Positions 17,501 through 25,490 of a stretch of 27,395 bases of DNA are shown one piece after another (the stretch's first letter is position 1; each line of letters begins with the position of its first letter). The DNA comes from an uncultured Bacilli bacterium. Lineage in GTDB: Bacteria; Bacillota_I; Bacilli_A; RF39; UBA660. Below the pieces are notes generated by a model. The model did no database searches and had not been told where the DNA came from. It was given only the letters and a program-made list of their open reading frames with translations. The DNA is taken from NCBI GenBank assembly GCA_947626095.1, contig CANQQV010000020.1:1-27395 (forward strand), written 5' to 3'. The position numbers were made by a program, and so were the translations under genes.

Positions 17501-20375
17501 CACATTTAATTATTTTCTTAAGACACTTATGTAAGTGTTCCATATTGTTGATATCATGACCTCTTAGTAAGTGAGTATAATTCTCAGGTGGTTGAACTTC
17601 GATGTAATCATAGAATTGCATAGCGGCAATTAAGTCTTCTTCACTTCTTGTTTCAGCGAGATAAAATATTTCACCATTTAAGCAGGCACTACCAAGTAGT
17701 AAACCTTCCCTATTTTCTTCGATTAGTTTACGTGGTATACGGGCATTTCGTTGTAAGAAGTTAGTATTAGCATAACTAACAATTTTAAATAAGTTTTTAA
17801 GACCTACTTTATTCTTGGCTATAAAGGTAATATGTTTAATATTATCATACATATTAGCAATATGTTCAGTATAGGTTTTACCAGGAATATTTTCATACAT
17901 TTGTACCCAATCTTCATGACACCATGGGAATTTCCAACGATATTCTTTGTTACCATATTTTTCAAAAGGATAACCTAAGTTTTCATCAACTTTTTCATCT
18001 TCTTCTGGTTTAAAGACATAGTTTTTTAAGGTTGATAAATCACCTATATGTTCTAATAATTTTGGATTGTTTTTAAAAGCTATTTCTTCTAGTAAACCAA
18101 GATTATTTAAATCATTTAAAGTTTTAACTCCTTTAATTTGACTTAACATTTTATTAAAGATATAAGCAGTATTTTCGGAGTCGACATCGGCGCCATGGTG
18201 TTGACCAACATAAACAACAATGGTTAAACTCTTTTCGCCAAAGTCATCGGTATATTTTATCTCAATATCATTTTCTGCAGGATGTAATTTTATATGTGGT
18301 TCAAAGTCGACTAAGTTAACGTTGGGAGCAACTTCAACTTCGATATTTATTTCATCGGTTTTGGCAGCTTTATGTAAGGTCTCTAAGTGATAGATATTAC
18401 GATATTTTTTTACTCTTTCTTCCGTTGTAACATCGATATCATAATATTCTTGTTTTTCGATTTTTAAAATATCTTCACCATCAACTAAGATTTTGGTAAA
18501 CGAAGCACCAATTTCTGGATCAATAATTGAACCACTGATACCTGTTTCATTAACCGTTTCATCATCTTCGTCATCAGACTCACCAGTATCAATACCATAG
18601 TATTTACCTAAAGCTTTTAAACTATGTTTTTTTAAGTCACGATTAATTACTCTTGATAGCATTAAGGTATCAATGATAGGATTTTCTAACTTACCTAAAT
18701 CATATTTATAGTAAGCCATGTCAATCATGTTTTTATCGAATCTAGCATTATGAGCTACTAAAGGAAGATTACCTATCCACTCTTTAAAGCGTTTAACAAC
18801 GTTTTCTTCATTATCAGCATCTTTAACATCATCATCGGAGATATCAGTAACTCTAGTTATTTGTTCATCAATGTGGTGGCCGGGATTAATAAGTTCGTCG
18901 AAACGATCAACTACTTCACCATTATGGATTTTAACACCACCAACTTCAATTAGAGAGTCACCTAAACCAGGATTAAAGCCTGTTGTTTCTGTATCGAATA
19001 CAACATAGGTATTACCTTCAACTTTTTCATCATTAGAATTAAAGCAAACGTTTAGGTATGACTCACACATTTCAAGTTCAGTGCCATAGCCGGCTTTGAA
19101 GAATTGTAAGTTCTTCTTTTCTTCTTCAGCCTGAGCAATCATTTTTTCCATTTCGGCAATGCCCTCTTCGTTGCCACTATTTTTAATTTCTTCTAAACTA
19201 GCTTTTAGTTCATCTATTTTAGCTTGGGCTTTTTTCTTTAAACCTTTATTAAAGGATGTTACTTCGCCAAAGACATGAGGAAATGACTGACAACAATCGT
19301 GATCAGTTATTGCAATACCACGATGGCCCCATTCCATGGCTTGTTTAACAAGTTTTACTTCATCGCAAACACCATCCATTTGACTCATCATAGTATGGGC
19401 ATGTAGTTCAACACGTTTTTCCTCTTCATTATCTAAACGTTTATATGATGGAATATTTTCTAATTTTTCATAACTTCTAAAATTAAAGACTAGGTCATTA
19501 GCAAAAGTATCATATCTTACTTGGCCTTTAAAAGTCCACCAAGTTCCATCTTTTAATTCTTTGGATTTAGCTAAAAAATCTTCTTCATCTTTAGCAAAGC
19601 ATTTAGCTAAAATACTAGAGGTATTATCACTTATTTTTAAAGTAATTAAATATAAATCTCGACCATCTTTGGTTTTTAATTGGTTAAATTCTGAACCAAA
19701 GATATAAGCTTCTAAATGAACATTGTTTTCTTCTTGGTCAATACTTTCAATGGAAACAATACCTTCTCTAGAATAGTTAACTTTTTTCTTTGGCGTCCAT
19801 TTACCATTACTATAGTTACTGACTGGTTCATCATAGAAATCAATTTCAATTTTTTTATTACGATCAGCTTCAATTTCATCTTGAATCTTCTTTTCATTTT
19901 CCTTATTAATGGCAGTTGTTATTTCCATTTCATAAAAACCTAGGTCAACTAAGCCATCAACTAAACCTTTAATCTCTTTTTGCAGCATATCATATTCTTC
20001 ACTTTTACTATCAAGTTCGATAATAATAAATTCATCATCAATAGAGATATTTTTATTTTCTAAAGAGACTAAAGATGGTCTTTTACTTATTAAATCACCA
20101 AGTAAAACCTTAAAAGCTTCTAAGATATCTTCATCTTGCATATCATCATAAATAAAGTTTATATGACAAGGATTTTTACCTTTAATACCTTTTTTAGCAC
20201 ATTTAGTAAGTTCTAATGTTGCAACAGGATTAATTGGTTTATCATTTTGAATAAAGACTTCAAAAGATTCTTTCTTTTTATTTAAAATAACACGGGAAAT
20301 ATTTGCAGTAGCAAAATCATCATTGACATCTTCAAAGCCAATACTATCAAAAAATTTTTTCATTTTATCTTGCAT
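14595..20375 (-). CDS. polC: DNA polymerase III PolC-type alpha subunit, unusually long (~1926 aa)
   Basis: OB domain, PHP (RVELHAHTMMSQMDG, AITDH), exonuclease (VFDTETTG, HNARFD), GSRGSVGSS, Zn finger, KVPDIDLNFSG, LLKLDILGHDDPT, KYMFPKAHA, C-terminal NQLSLF clamp-binding motif. Start ATG 20375 behind AGGTGA. Confidence 0.99.
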   Translation of the reverse strand: MQDKMKKFFDSIGFEDVNDDFATANISRVILNKKKESFEVFIQNDKPINPVATLELTKCAKKGIKGKNPCHINFIYDDMQDEDILEAFKVLLGDLISKRPSLVSLENKNISIDDEFIIIELDSKSEEYDMLQKEIKGLVDGLVDLGFYEMEITTAINKENEKKIQDEIEADRNKKIEIDFYDEPVSNYSNGKWTPKKKVNYSREGIVSIESIDQEENNVHLEAYIFGSEFNQLKTKDGRDLYLITLKISDNTSSILAKCFAKDEEDFLAKSKELKDGTWWTFKGQVRYDTFANDLVFNFRSYEKLENIPSYKRLDNEEEKRVELHAHTMMSQMDGVCDEVKLVKQAMEWGHRGIAITDHDCCQSFPHVFGEVTSFNKGLKKKAQAKIDELKASLEEIKNSGNEEGIAEMEKMIAQAEEEKKNLQFFKAGYGTELEMCESYLNVCFNSNDEKVEGNTYVVFDTETTGFNPGLGDSLIEVGGVKIHNGEVVDRFDELINPGHHIDEQITRVTDISDDDVKDADNEENVVKRFKEWIGNLPLVAHNARFDKNMIDMAYYKYDLGKLENPIIDTLMLSRVINRDLKKHSLKALGKYYGIDTGESDDEDDETVNETGISGSIIDPEIGASFTKILVDGEDILKIEKQEYYDIDVTTEERVKKYRNIYHLETLHKAAKTDEINIEVEVAPNVNLVDFEPHIKLHPAENDIEIKYTDDFGEKSLTIVVYVGQHHGADVDSENTAYIFNKMLSQIKGVKTLNDLNNLGLLEEIAFKNNPKLLEHIGDLSTLKNYVFKPEEDEKVDENLGYPFEKYGNKEYRWKFPWCHEDWVQMYENIPGKTYTEHIANMYDNIKHITFIAKNKVGLKNLFKIVSYANTNFLQRNARIPRKLIEENREGLLLGSACLNGEIFYLAETRSEEDLIAAMQFYDYIEVQPPENYTHLLRGHDINNMEHLHKCLKKIIKCAKEAGKLIVATGDVHNINKEDRLYREIIVNQNVPGKGRHPLARYLSGSAKRNNNDDNLKNAITKCREQGVELNSVEEKVLKYIYILKKINKIPITALNLAAIYSPSKNIPEEDAFKGRDSETEKLKAVSAALRKLMVAGIIKEKDEVYDLKYNYNDSETALSGHIPNQYFRTTKEMLDEFAFLDDPALIKEIVITNPNKIIDMLEEIEVVVYPDKPYSPIIEHSQETCRDMVFAKAHSMYGDPLPRNIEERIAQEFYGDKIMGLVTEKIALEHPEMSDEEKDNIFSSEVHNVIMSGYDGVVKLMSDKLKREAETELTDEEATENAKASLGGIIGGGFDVIYLIAQKLVKHSNDDGYLVGSRGSVGSSFVASMMGITECNGLPAHYYCPKCCHSEFKDENGKAYVDDYPSGFDLPAKKCPECGADMIHEGNDMPFATFLGFNADKVPDIDLNFSGDNQASAHEYTKVLFGTDNVYRAGTIGTVADKTAYGYVQGFFEESLYNTLKIEADSYNMPITSKDELKKKGIIKSFVRTPEVERISVGCTGVKRTTGQHPGGIVVVPGYKDVWDFTPFQYPADDPNSAWRTTHFDYHAIDADLLKLDILGHDDPTVLRMLQDISGIDVTKIDLGDLDTMKIFTGPEILGVDRYQLRGLVDKDGRKYCPTGTLGVPEFGTSFLLGMLEETKPTTFAELIKISGLSHGTDVWLGNARDLCTPNAEGIIEVPFKNVIGCRDDIMVNLIAWGMKPAKAFKIMEFVRKGKASKDPTTWAEHAAAMREANIPEWYIESCRKIKYMFPKAHATAYVTSAFRIAWFKVHHPLWYYCAYLSIRRDQFDIESMIKGADAIRNKIDEIDAKGNSASNKEIDTRETLCICLEMCLRGFYFKNIDVDKSDGKKFVITEDEKGLIIPFRALDGLGDNVADAIVKAREGGPFISMEDLRDRGKVNTSSMEKLKALGCLDNLSESNQLSLF

Positions 20376-20384
20376 ATACTTCAC

Positions 20385-23285
20385 CTACAATTTTTCTATA
20401 TTACTAACAACAATTTGATATTTATCGATTCTTCTAGTTACTTGTCCACGAACACGAACTAAATCATCTTTTTTAATTAAGTTTAAGAACTTATTATTTT
20501 TAGGGAAGATGATAAAGTCAGCACTACCAGTTTCATCACTACCAAGGATAAAACCCATATCTTCCCCATTCTTGGTTTTAATTTTTTTAATACTTCCTAT
20601 TATAACAACTAAATCGACATATTTATCAAAAAATGCACGCATATCTTTAATTTTCATAATACCTTCTTGATATTTACTAGCTGGATGATTGGTAACATAA
20701 AAACCAAAGGTATTTAGTTCACTAGCCATTAATTCATTTTCACTATACTCTTCAGCAGATTCATAATTTGGTTTCATAACTAGTGATTCATCTAAATCAC
20801 TACATAAAGTTGCATAGTCTAAAGCACTATCAATACTTGCATATAAAGTATGATGATTAATATTAAAATCTCTAAATGTATCTGCATCGATTAAAGATTC
20901 AAGGGTTTTACGATTAACACTTTTACCATAAGTTCTAGCAACAAAGTTAAAGAAATCAGTAAAACGACCATTAGTTGTTCGTTCGTTAATTATTTCACTG
21001 ACAGCTGAGCCACCAACATTATGAATAGCATTTAGTGGTAATAACAAAGCATTATTTTTAATAACATAATAATCCATACTAATATTAATATTTGGTTTAA
21101 ACACTAAAACATTTTTCTTTTTAGCTTCATCTATATATTCTTTAGTTTTAATATCACTACCAATACTCATATTAAGTAAGTTAGCAATAAAGAAAACAGG
21201 ATAATTAGCTTTTAAGTAAGCCATTTGGTAACCGATTAAAGCATAAGCTACAGAGTGAGCTTTATTAAAACCATAATCAGCGAATTTAATAATTAAATCA
21301 TATATTTCATTAGCTTTTTCTTTAGAATAGCCATTACTTATAGAACGATTAACAAAGACTTCTCTTTCTTTTTCCATAACGCTATGTTTCTTTTTACTCA
21401 TAGCTCTTCTAATATTATCAGCTTCAGCAAAGGTATAATTACCCATTTTAACTAAGACTTGCATTATTTGTTCTTGATAAATCATAATTCCATAAGTTGG
21501 CGCCAAAATATCTTTTAATGAATCATCAGAATATATAATTTTTTCTTTGCCATTCCTTCTTTTGATATAACTATCAATGTTGTGCATTGGTCCAGGACGG
21601 AATAAAGCTAAGGCAGCTACGATATCATCAAAGGTCGTAGCTTTTAATTTAGTTAGAAAGTTTTTCATTCCTGAACTTTCAAATTGAAAGATACCTTCGG
21701 TATCAACCGTATTAAAGATTTTAATTGTCGCTTTATCATCTAAAGGAATTTCGGCTAGATTAATGTCTTTACCAGTTTCATTTTTAATTAATTCTAAAAC
21801 ATTTTGAATAATAGTTAAGTTTCTTAAAGCTAAGAAATCCATTTTTAATAAGCCTAAATCTTCTAAGTATTCCATAGTAACTCCCGTAAGTAAGTCACCA
21901 CCATTTAAGCAGATGGGAATAACATCATCTAAGCTAACAGAAGAAATAACAACACCGGCAGCATGTGTACTAATATGTCTTTTTAAACCTTCTAATTTAA
22001 AACTAACTTGATAAACTTTTTTAATATCGGAATTATTGTTAACAAATTCTTTAACATATTTATTATTTAAATTATCTTTTAAACTTGCTTTAGGATCTAA
22101 TAAGTTACTTAAACGATCAATTAATTTAGGTTCGACTTCTAAGCATTTACCAACATCTCTTATTACTTGACGAGAACCAAGAGTACCAAAGGTCATAATA
22201 TTAGCAACTTTATCGTGACCATAACGTTCTTTGACATAGTTAATAACTTGGTCTCTTTTTGTATATTCAAAGTCAATGTCGATATCAGGCATGGTAATAC
22301 GTTCAGGATTTAAAAATCTTTCGAATAATAAATCGTATTTTAAAGGATCAACATTAGTAATACCAATTGAATAACTAACTAAAGAGCCAGCAGCTGAACC
22401 TCTACCAGGACCAACTAAGATATTATTTTTTTTAGCAAATTTAACATAGTCATAAACAATTAAGAAGTAATCCACAAAACCCATTTTATTGATAACATTA
22501 AGTTCCATTAATAAACGATCACTATATTCTTTAGTAATATGACCATTTAATCTTTTTTCTAAGCCTTTTTTACATAAAGAACATAGATAAGCATATGAAT
22601 CTTTGATATTTAAATCATAATGAGGAATATAGTTGCCATCTTTAGGAATAACTAAGTCGATTAAGTTACTAAATTCTGCAGTTGTTTTAGCATCATCATT
22701 AGCTATTTCTTTAGCTAAATAAGCATCACTATATTTAGTTATATCTTCTTTTTCGCCAGTTTCAATTTCTCTTAAAATGCCAATATATTTAATATCTTCC
22801 CAAGCAAAAGCACAAATTTCATTTAGGTATAAAACATTATTACTTAAGATTAAAGCATTACTTTTTTCGTAGTCATTACTATAGCCAAGATATAGTTCTT
22901 TAGCTATCTTTTTTATTTCATCATATATTTCAATACTTTGATATGGAAGTACACATAAAATATCTTTGATATAACTTTTTAAGTCGATATAATTAAGGTC
23001 TCTACCCTGCACAATTGTATTTATTTTAAGTAAATTTTGATAACCAGAATAATTCTTAGCATATAAATAAACAGTATTGTTTCCTATTTTAATTATTAAA
23101 CCAATTATAGGTTTAATTTTGTTATTTAGGCATTCGTTATAAAAACACATGCTACCAAATAAGTTTTCATCAAGTAAGCCACAGGCAGGTATATTATGTT
23201 CAACTAAGTATTTAATTAAATCTGGTATTTTAATTAAACTTTTAAGTAGTGAATAATCACTTTTTATACCTAAAGGAATAAACAT
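20385..23285 (-). CDS. dnaE: DNA polymerase III alpha subunit DnaE
   Basis: GPGRGSAAGSLV, FERFLNPER, MPDIDIDF, LLKMDFLAL, IFQFES, YGFNKAH, C-terminal OB fold. PHP metal ligands degenerate. Start ATG 23285. Confidence 0.98.
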   Translation of the reverse strand: MFIPLGIKSDYSLLKSLIKIPDLIKYLVEHNIPACGLLDENLFGSMCFYNECLNNKIKPIIGLIIKIGNNTVYLYAKNYSGYQNLLKINTIVQGRDLNYIDLKSYIKDILCVLPYQSIEIYDEIKKIAKELYLGYSNDYEKSNALILSNNVLYLNEICAFAWEDIKYIGILREIETGEKEDITKYSDAYLAKEIANDDAKTTAEFSNLIDLVIPKDGNYIPHYDLNIKDSYAYLCSLCKKGLEKRLNGHITKEYSDRLLMELNVINKMGFVDYFLIVYDYVKFAKKNNILVGPGRGSAAGSLVSYSIGITNVDPLKYDLLFERFLNPERITMPDIDIDFEYTKRDQVINYVKERYGHDKVANIMTFGTLGSRQVIRDVGKCLEVEPKLIDRLSNLLDPKASLKDNLNNKYVKEFVNNNSDIKKVYQVSFKLEGLKRHISTHAAGVVISSVSLDDVIPICLNGGDLLTGVTMEYLEDLGLLKMDFLALRNLTIIQNVLELIKNETGKDINLAEIPLDDKATIKIFNTVDTEGIFQFESSGMKNFLTKLKATTFDDIVAALALFRPGPMHNIDSYIKRRNGKEKIIYSDDSLKDILAPTYGIMIYQEQIMQVLVKMGNYTFAEADNIRRAMSKKKHSVMEKEREVFVNRSISNGYSKEKANEIYDLIIKFADYGFNKAHSVAYALIGYQMAYLKANYPVFFIANLLNMSIGSDIKTKEYIDEAKKKNVLVFKPNINISMDYYVIKNNALLLPLNAIHNVGGSAVSEIINERTTNGRFTDFFNFVARTYGKSVNRKTLESLIDADTFRDFNINHHTLYASIDSALDYATLCSDLDESLVMKPNYESAEEYSENELMASELNTFGFYVTNHPASKYQEGIMKIKDMRAFFDKYVDLVVIIGSIKKIKTKNGEDMGFILGSDETGSADFIIFPKNNKFLNLIKKDDLVRVRGQVTRRIDKYQIVVSNIEKL

Positions 23286-23561
23286 AATATTACCACCCTT
23301 CATGTTAATAATTATATCAAATTAATAGGATAAATAAAACATATATTCGGATAGTTTTTAAAAATAAAAAGAAACTGTTAATAACTTGGCTTGGTTTTAT
23401 AAATTAGATGTTGTTAAATGAAGATTTTTTATATAATCTTTGATGGTGAAAATAATAATTTCGAAGAAAAAGCCAAAAGATAGTTATTTTTTTCTTTAGA
23501 TGTTTTTAGGCTTTAGGAATTAATTCCTTTATAAAAAGGAAAAATAAACGAAAAATGGCCA

Positions 23562-23587
23562 TAAAAAAAGTTCTTGTGACAAGAACT
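23562..23587 (-). terminator. Minus-strand terminator-like hairpin overlapping the -35 of the peptide promoter
   Basis: Perfect 9-bp inverted repeat AGTTCTTGT-n-ACAAGAACT (23569-23587) followed by a T run on the minus strand. Confidence 0.6.
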
Positions 23588-23602
23588 ATTCATTTTTATA
23601 AT
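23574..23602 (+). promoter_or_regulatory. Sigma-A promoter of the small-peptide mRNA
   Basis: TTGTGA (23574-23579), 17 bp, TATAAT (23597-23602). Predicted start at ~23609-23611, the first base of the long-range repeat. Confidence 0.65.
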
Positions 23603-23679
23603 AGTACATTGGATACATTTGAAATATATCAGATGTTTGCCCTTTCAATTATCAAAAGATAAAAGAAAGGGGTGATATT

Positions 23680-23757
23680 ATGACAAGAAGAGAAGCTTCT
23701 CTATATTTCATTATATTACTATTATTCTTTATAGTAATCACCTTACTATTTGGATAA
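23680..23757 (+). CDS. 25-aa hydrophobic peptide, candidate type I toxin (MTRREASLYFIILLLFFIVITLLFG)
   Basis: Below the ORF-track cutoff. Very strong RBS AGAAAGGGGTGA, single TM-length hydrophobic run, double TAA stop. Confidence 0.75.
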   Translation: MTRREASLYFIILLLFFIVITLLFG

Positions 23758-23758
23758 T

Positions 23759-23868
23759 AAAAACATCCGATCTCAACATAAGTTGATTTCAGATGACATC
23801 CAAAGGGAATACATCTGATTCGAGCAATCAAATGTATCCTTTTTATTTTATGAAGTTTCCTTCATCTA
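23759..23868 (-). ncRNA. Candidate antisense (antitoxin) sRNA, ~110 nt
   Basis: Extended -10 TGTTATAAT (23874-23882, minus strand) with no ORF downstream. Terminator hairpin CATCTGA..TCAAC-TTAT-GTTGA..TCGGATG (23764-23795) followed by TTTTT. Confidence 0.55.
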
Positions 23869-23902
23869 TAGATATTATAACATAAAATGATAATTATAAT
23901 AA

Positions 23903-25393
23903 TTATTTCTTTAGTGTTTGTTCATTAATTTTCTTTTCATAAACGTTTTTTAAGACTCTAGCTAGTTTAACTCGAGACATATCAAGATCTAAGGAATTAG
24001 CTGCAAAGAAATCACTAACTAAGTTATGGGCTTGATCTTGATCCACTGTAAGACATACACCAAAGATGGCATTATATAGTTGTAGTAGTTCATTTTGAGT
24101 ATCTAATAACTTAGAGTTAATTAGAATATTAGTAAGAGAATCCATATCAAAGGCAAAGCGATGAGGTTGTTCATAATACTCATTTTTGCGAACATTATAT
24201 AAGGCTTCTAAGAAGGAATGAACGTCAATTGGCTGATTAGCTAAATCTGCTACCTCATACATATTTTCGATAACTTCTTCCATATTTAAATTAGTTGAGG
24301 AAAAAGCCATAAATTCTTTACCAGCAAAGCGTAGCAGCCAATTAATATGATCATTTACTATCCTAGTGGCAATTTTATAATGAGGTGGATGATTATTAAG
24401 CATTTCATCTTCAAATCTCATTATTTGGTCAGTATCAAAATATTTATAGGTTATGTAAGTAAATTTATCTTTTTCATTAGGAATTAATTGATTATAAGTT
24501 TTAGCAAAATACAAATAAGAATTTAAGAAACTAAGACTATTTTCATTTCTTTTAGAATCAAAAGTTGGATCAAAAAAGTATAAACCATTAATATTGTATT
24601 TATCATCTTTTAAATAAACTAAGCTACGAGCATGAGATTCATCTGATTGATTAACATCTAAAATAAAATCAATACATTTAAAACCAAGTTGTTCTAAAAT
24701 GGTGTTAAATAATCTGACGTATCCTAAGCAAACAATCTTATCACCTAATAAGACGGAGGTTAAATCTCTTGATTCATAGTATTTTTGATTATCATCTTCC
24801 TTAACATATACTCTATCTCTAATTAAATCATAAACATGAATTAAAATTTCTAAAGGACTATAGTTATAACATTTGATTTTGGTAACTATTTCATTAACAA
24901 TAGCAATTGTTTTTTCATACTCCGTTATAGTGATTGGATGACTATTACCTTGAATCTTAATTAAAACATTATACTTTTGAAGGTCAATATTCTTTTTTAA
25001 AGCAGCTAACTGATTTAAATCGATATCTAATACATTACCGATAACTATCTTTTTATTAGCTAACTCAGGATTAGTTGCTAAATAAGTAGAAATTTCAGCA
25101 AATTCACCATATATCTCTATTGAATCAGTAAGTAAATAATCACGTAAAACAGAATTCTTACTTAAATGTTTTAATAATTTTTTATCTTCTTTATCACCTA
25201 AAATACTATATTTTATAAAATCGTTTGCACTCTTTTGAAGATTAGAAGAGTTAATAATGTTACTTAATGGTTCATTTACATCAGTATAAACGTCTAAATT
25301 ATACTCATTTTCAGAACAACCAACAGTTATTTGTAATTTATCATTTTCTTCAATTGGATTAGTTGTAAAATAAATATTAACTAAAGCCTTCAT
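23903..25393 (-). CDS. Transglutaminase-like (Cys-His-Asp) domain protein
   Basis: IVCLGYVRLF...HARSLVYL...FFDPTFD triad pattern. No signal peptide. Confidence 0.75.
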   Translation of the reverse strand: MKALVNIYFTTNPIEENDKLQITVGCSENEYNLDVYTDVNEPLSNIINSSNLQKSANDFIKYSILGDKEDKKLLKHLSKNSVLRDYLLTDSIEIYGEFAEISTYLATNPELANKKIVIGNVLDIDLNQLAALKKNIDLQKYNVLIKIQGNSHPITITEYEKTIAIVNEIVTKIKCYNYSPLEILIHVYDLIRDRVYVKEDDNQKYYESRDLTSVLLGDKIVCLGYVRLFNTILEQLGFKCIDFILDVNQSDESHARSLVYLKDDKYNINGLYFFDPTFDSKRNENSLSFLNSYLYFAKTYNQLIPNEKDKFTYITYKYFDTDQIMRFEDEMLNNHPPHYKIATRIVNDHINWLLRFAGKEFMAFSSTNLNMEEVIENMYEVADLANQPIDVHSFLEALYNVRKNEYYEQPHRFAFDMDSLTNILINSKLLDTQNELLQLYNAIFGVCLTVDQDQAHNLVSDFFAANSLDLDMSRVKLARVLKNVYEKKINEQTLKK

Positions 25394-25453
25394 ATAATAA
25401 CCCCATTTACAAGCTGGTATTTTAACATATTATAAATACTATTTCAAATTATA

Positions 25454-25487
25454 AAAACCACTTACTTTATATAAAGTTAGTGGTTTT
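25454..25487 (-). terminator. Terminator after the adhesin gene
   Basis: AAAACCACT-n-ACTTTAT/ATAAAGT-n-AGTGGTTTT inverted repeat immediately after the stop. Confidence 0.65.
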
Positions 25488-25490
25488 ATA

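Noticed and set aside
14595-20375. Inteins as the explanation for PolC length
   Set aside because: None of the His-Asn dipeptides is followed by Cys/Ser/Thr, no homing-endonuclease motif is visible, and the inserts are short and scattered.
22700-23285. Degenerate PHP domain of DnaE and non-catalytic 3'-5' exonuclease region of PolA
   Set aside because: Expected for DnaE and PolA in PolC-containing Bacilli, so not novel.
23515-23528. Perfect 14-bp palindrome AGGAATTAATTCCT upstream of dnaE
   Set aside because: Single AT-rich copy with no clear relation to a promoter, so it cannot be distinguished from chance.
23611-23839. Retron msr-msd, 6S RNA or MITE reading of the long inverted repeat
   Set aside because: No reverse transcriptase or transposase is nearby and there is no convincing target-site duplication. 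An internal ORF with a strong, sequestered SD is better explained as a regulated mRNA. A MITE is not fully excluded.
25415-25445. TATGTTAAA resembling a XerD arm of a dif site
   Set aside because: No matching XerC arm. Better read as an extended -10 (TGTTAAAAT) for the transglutaminase-like gene.
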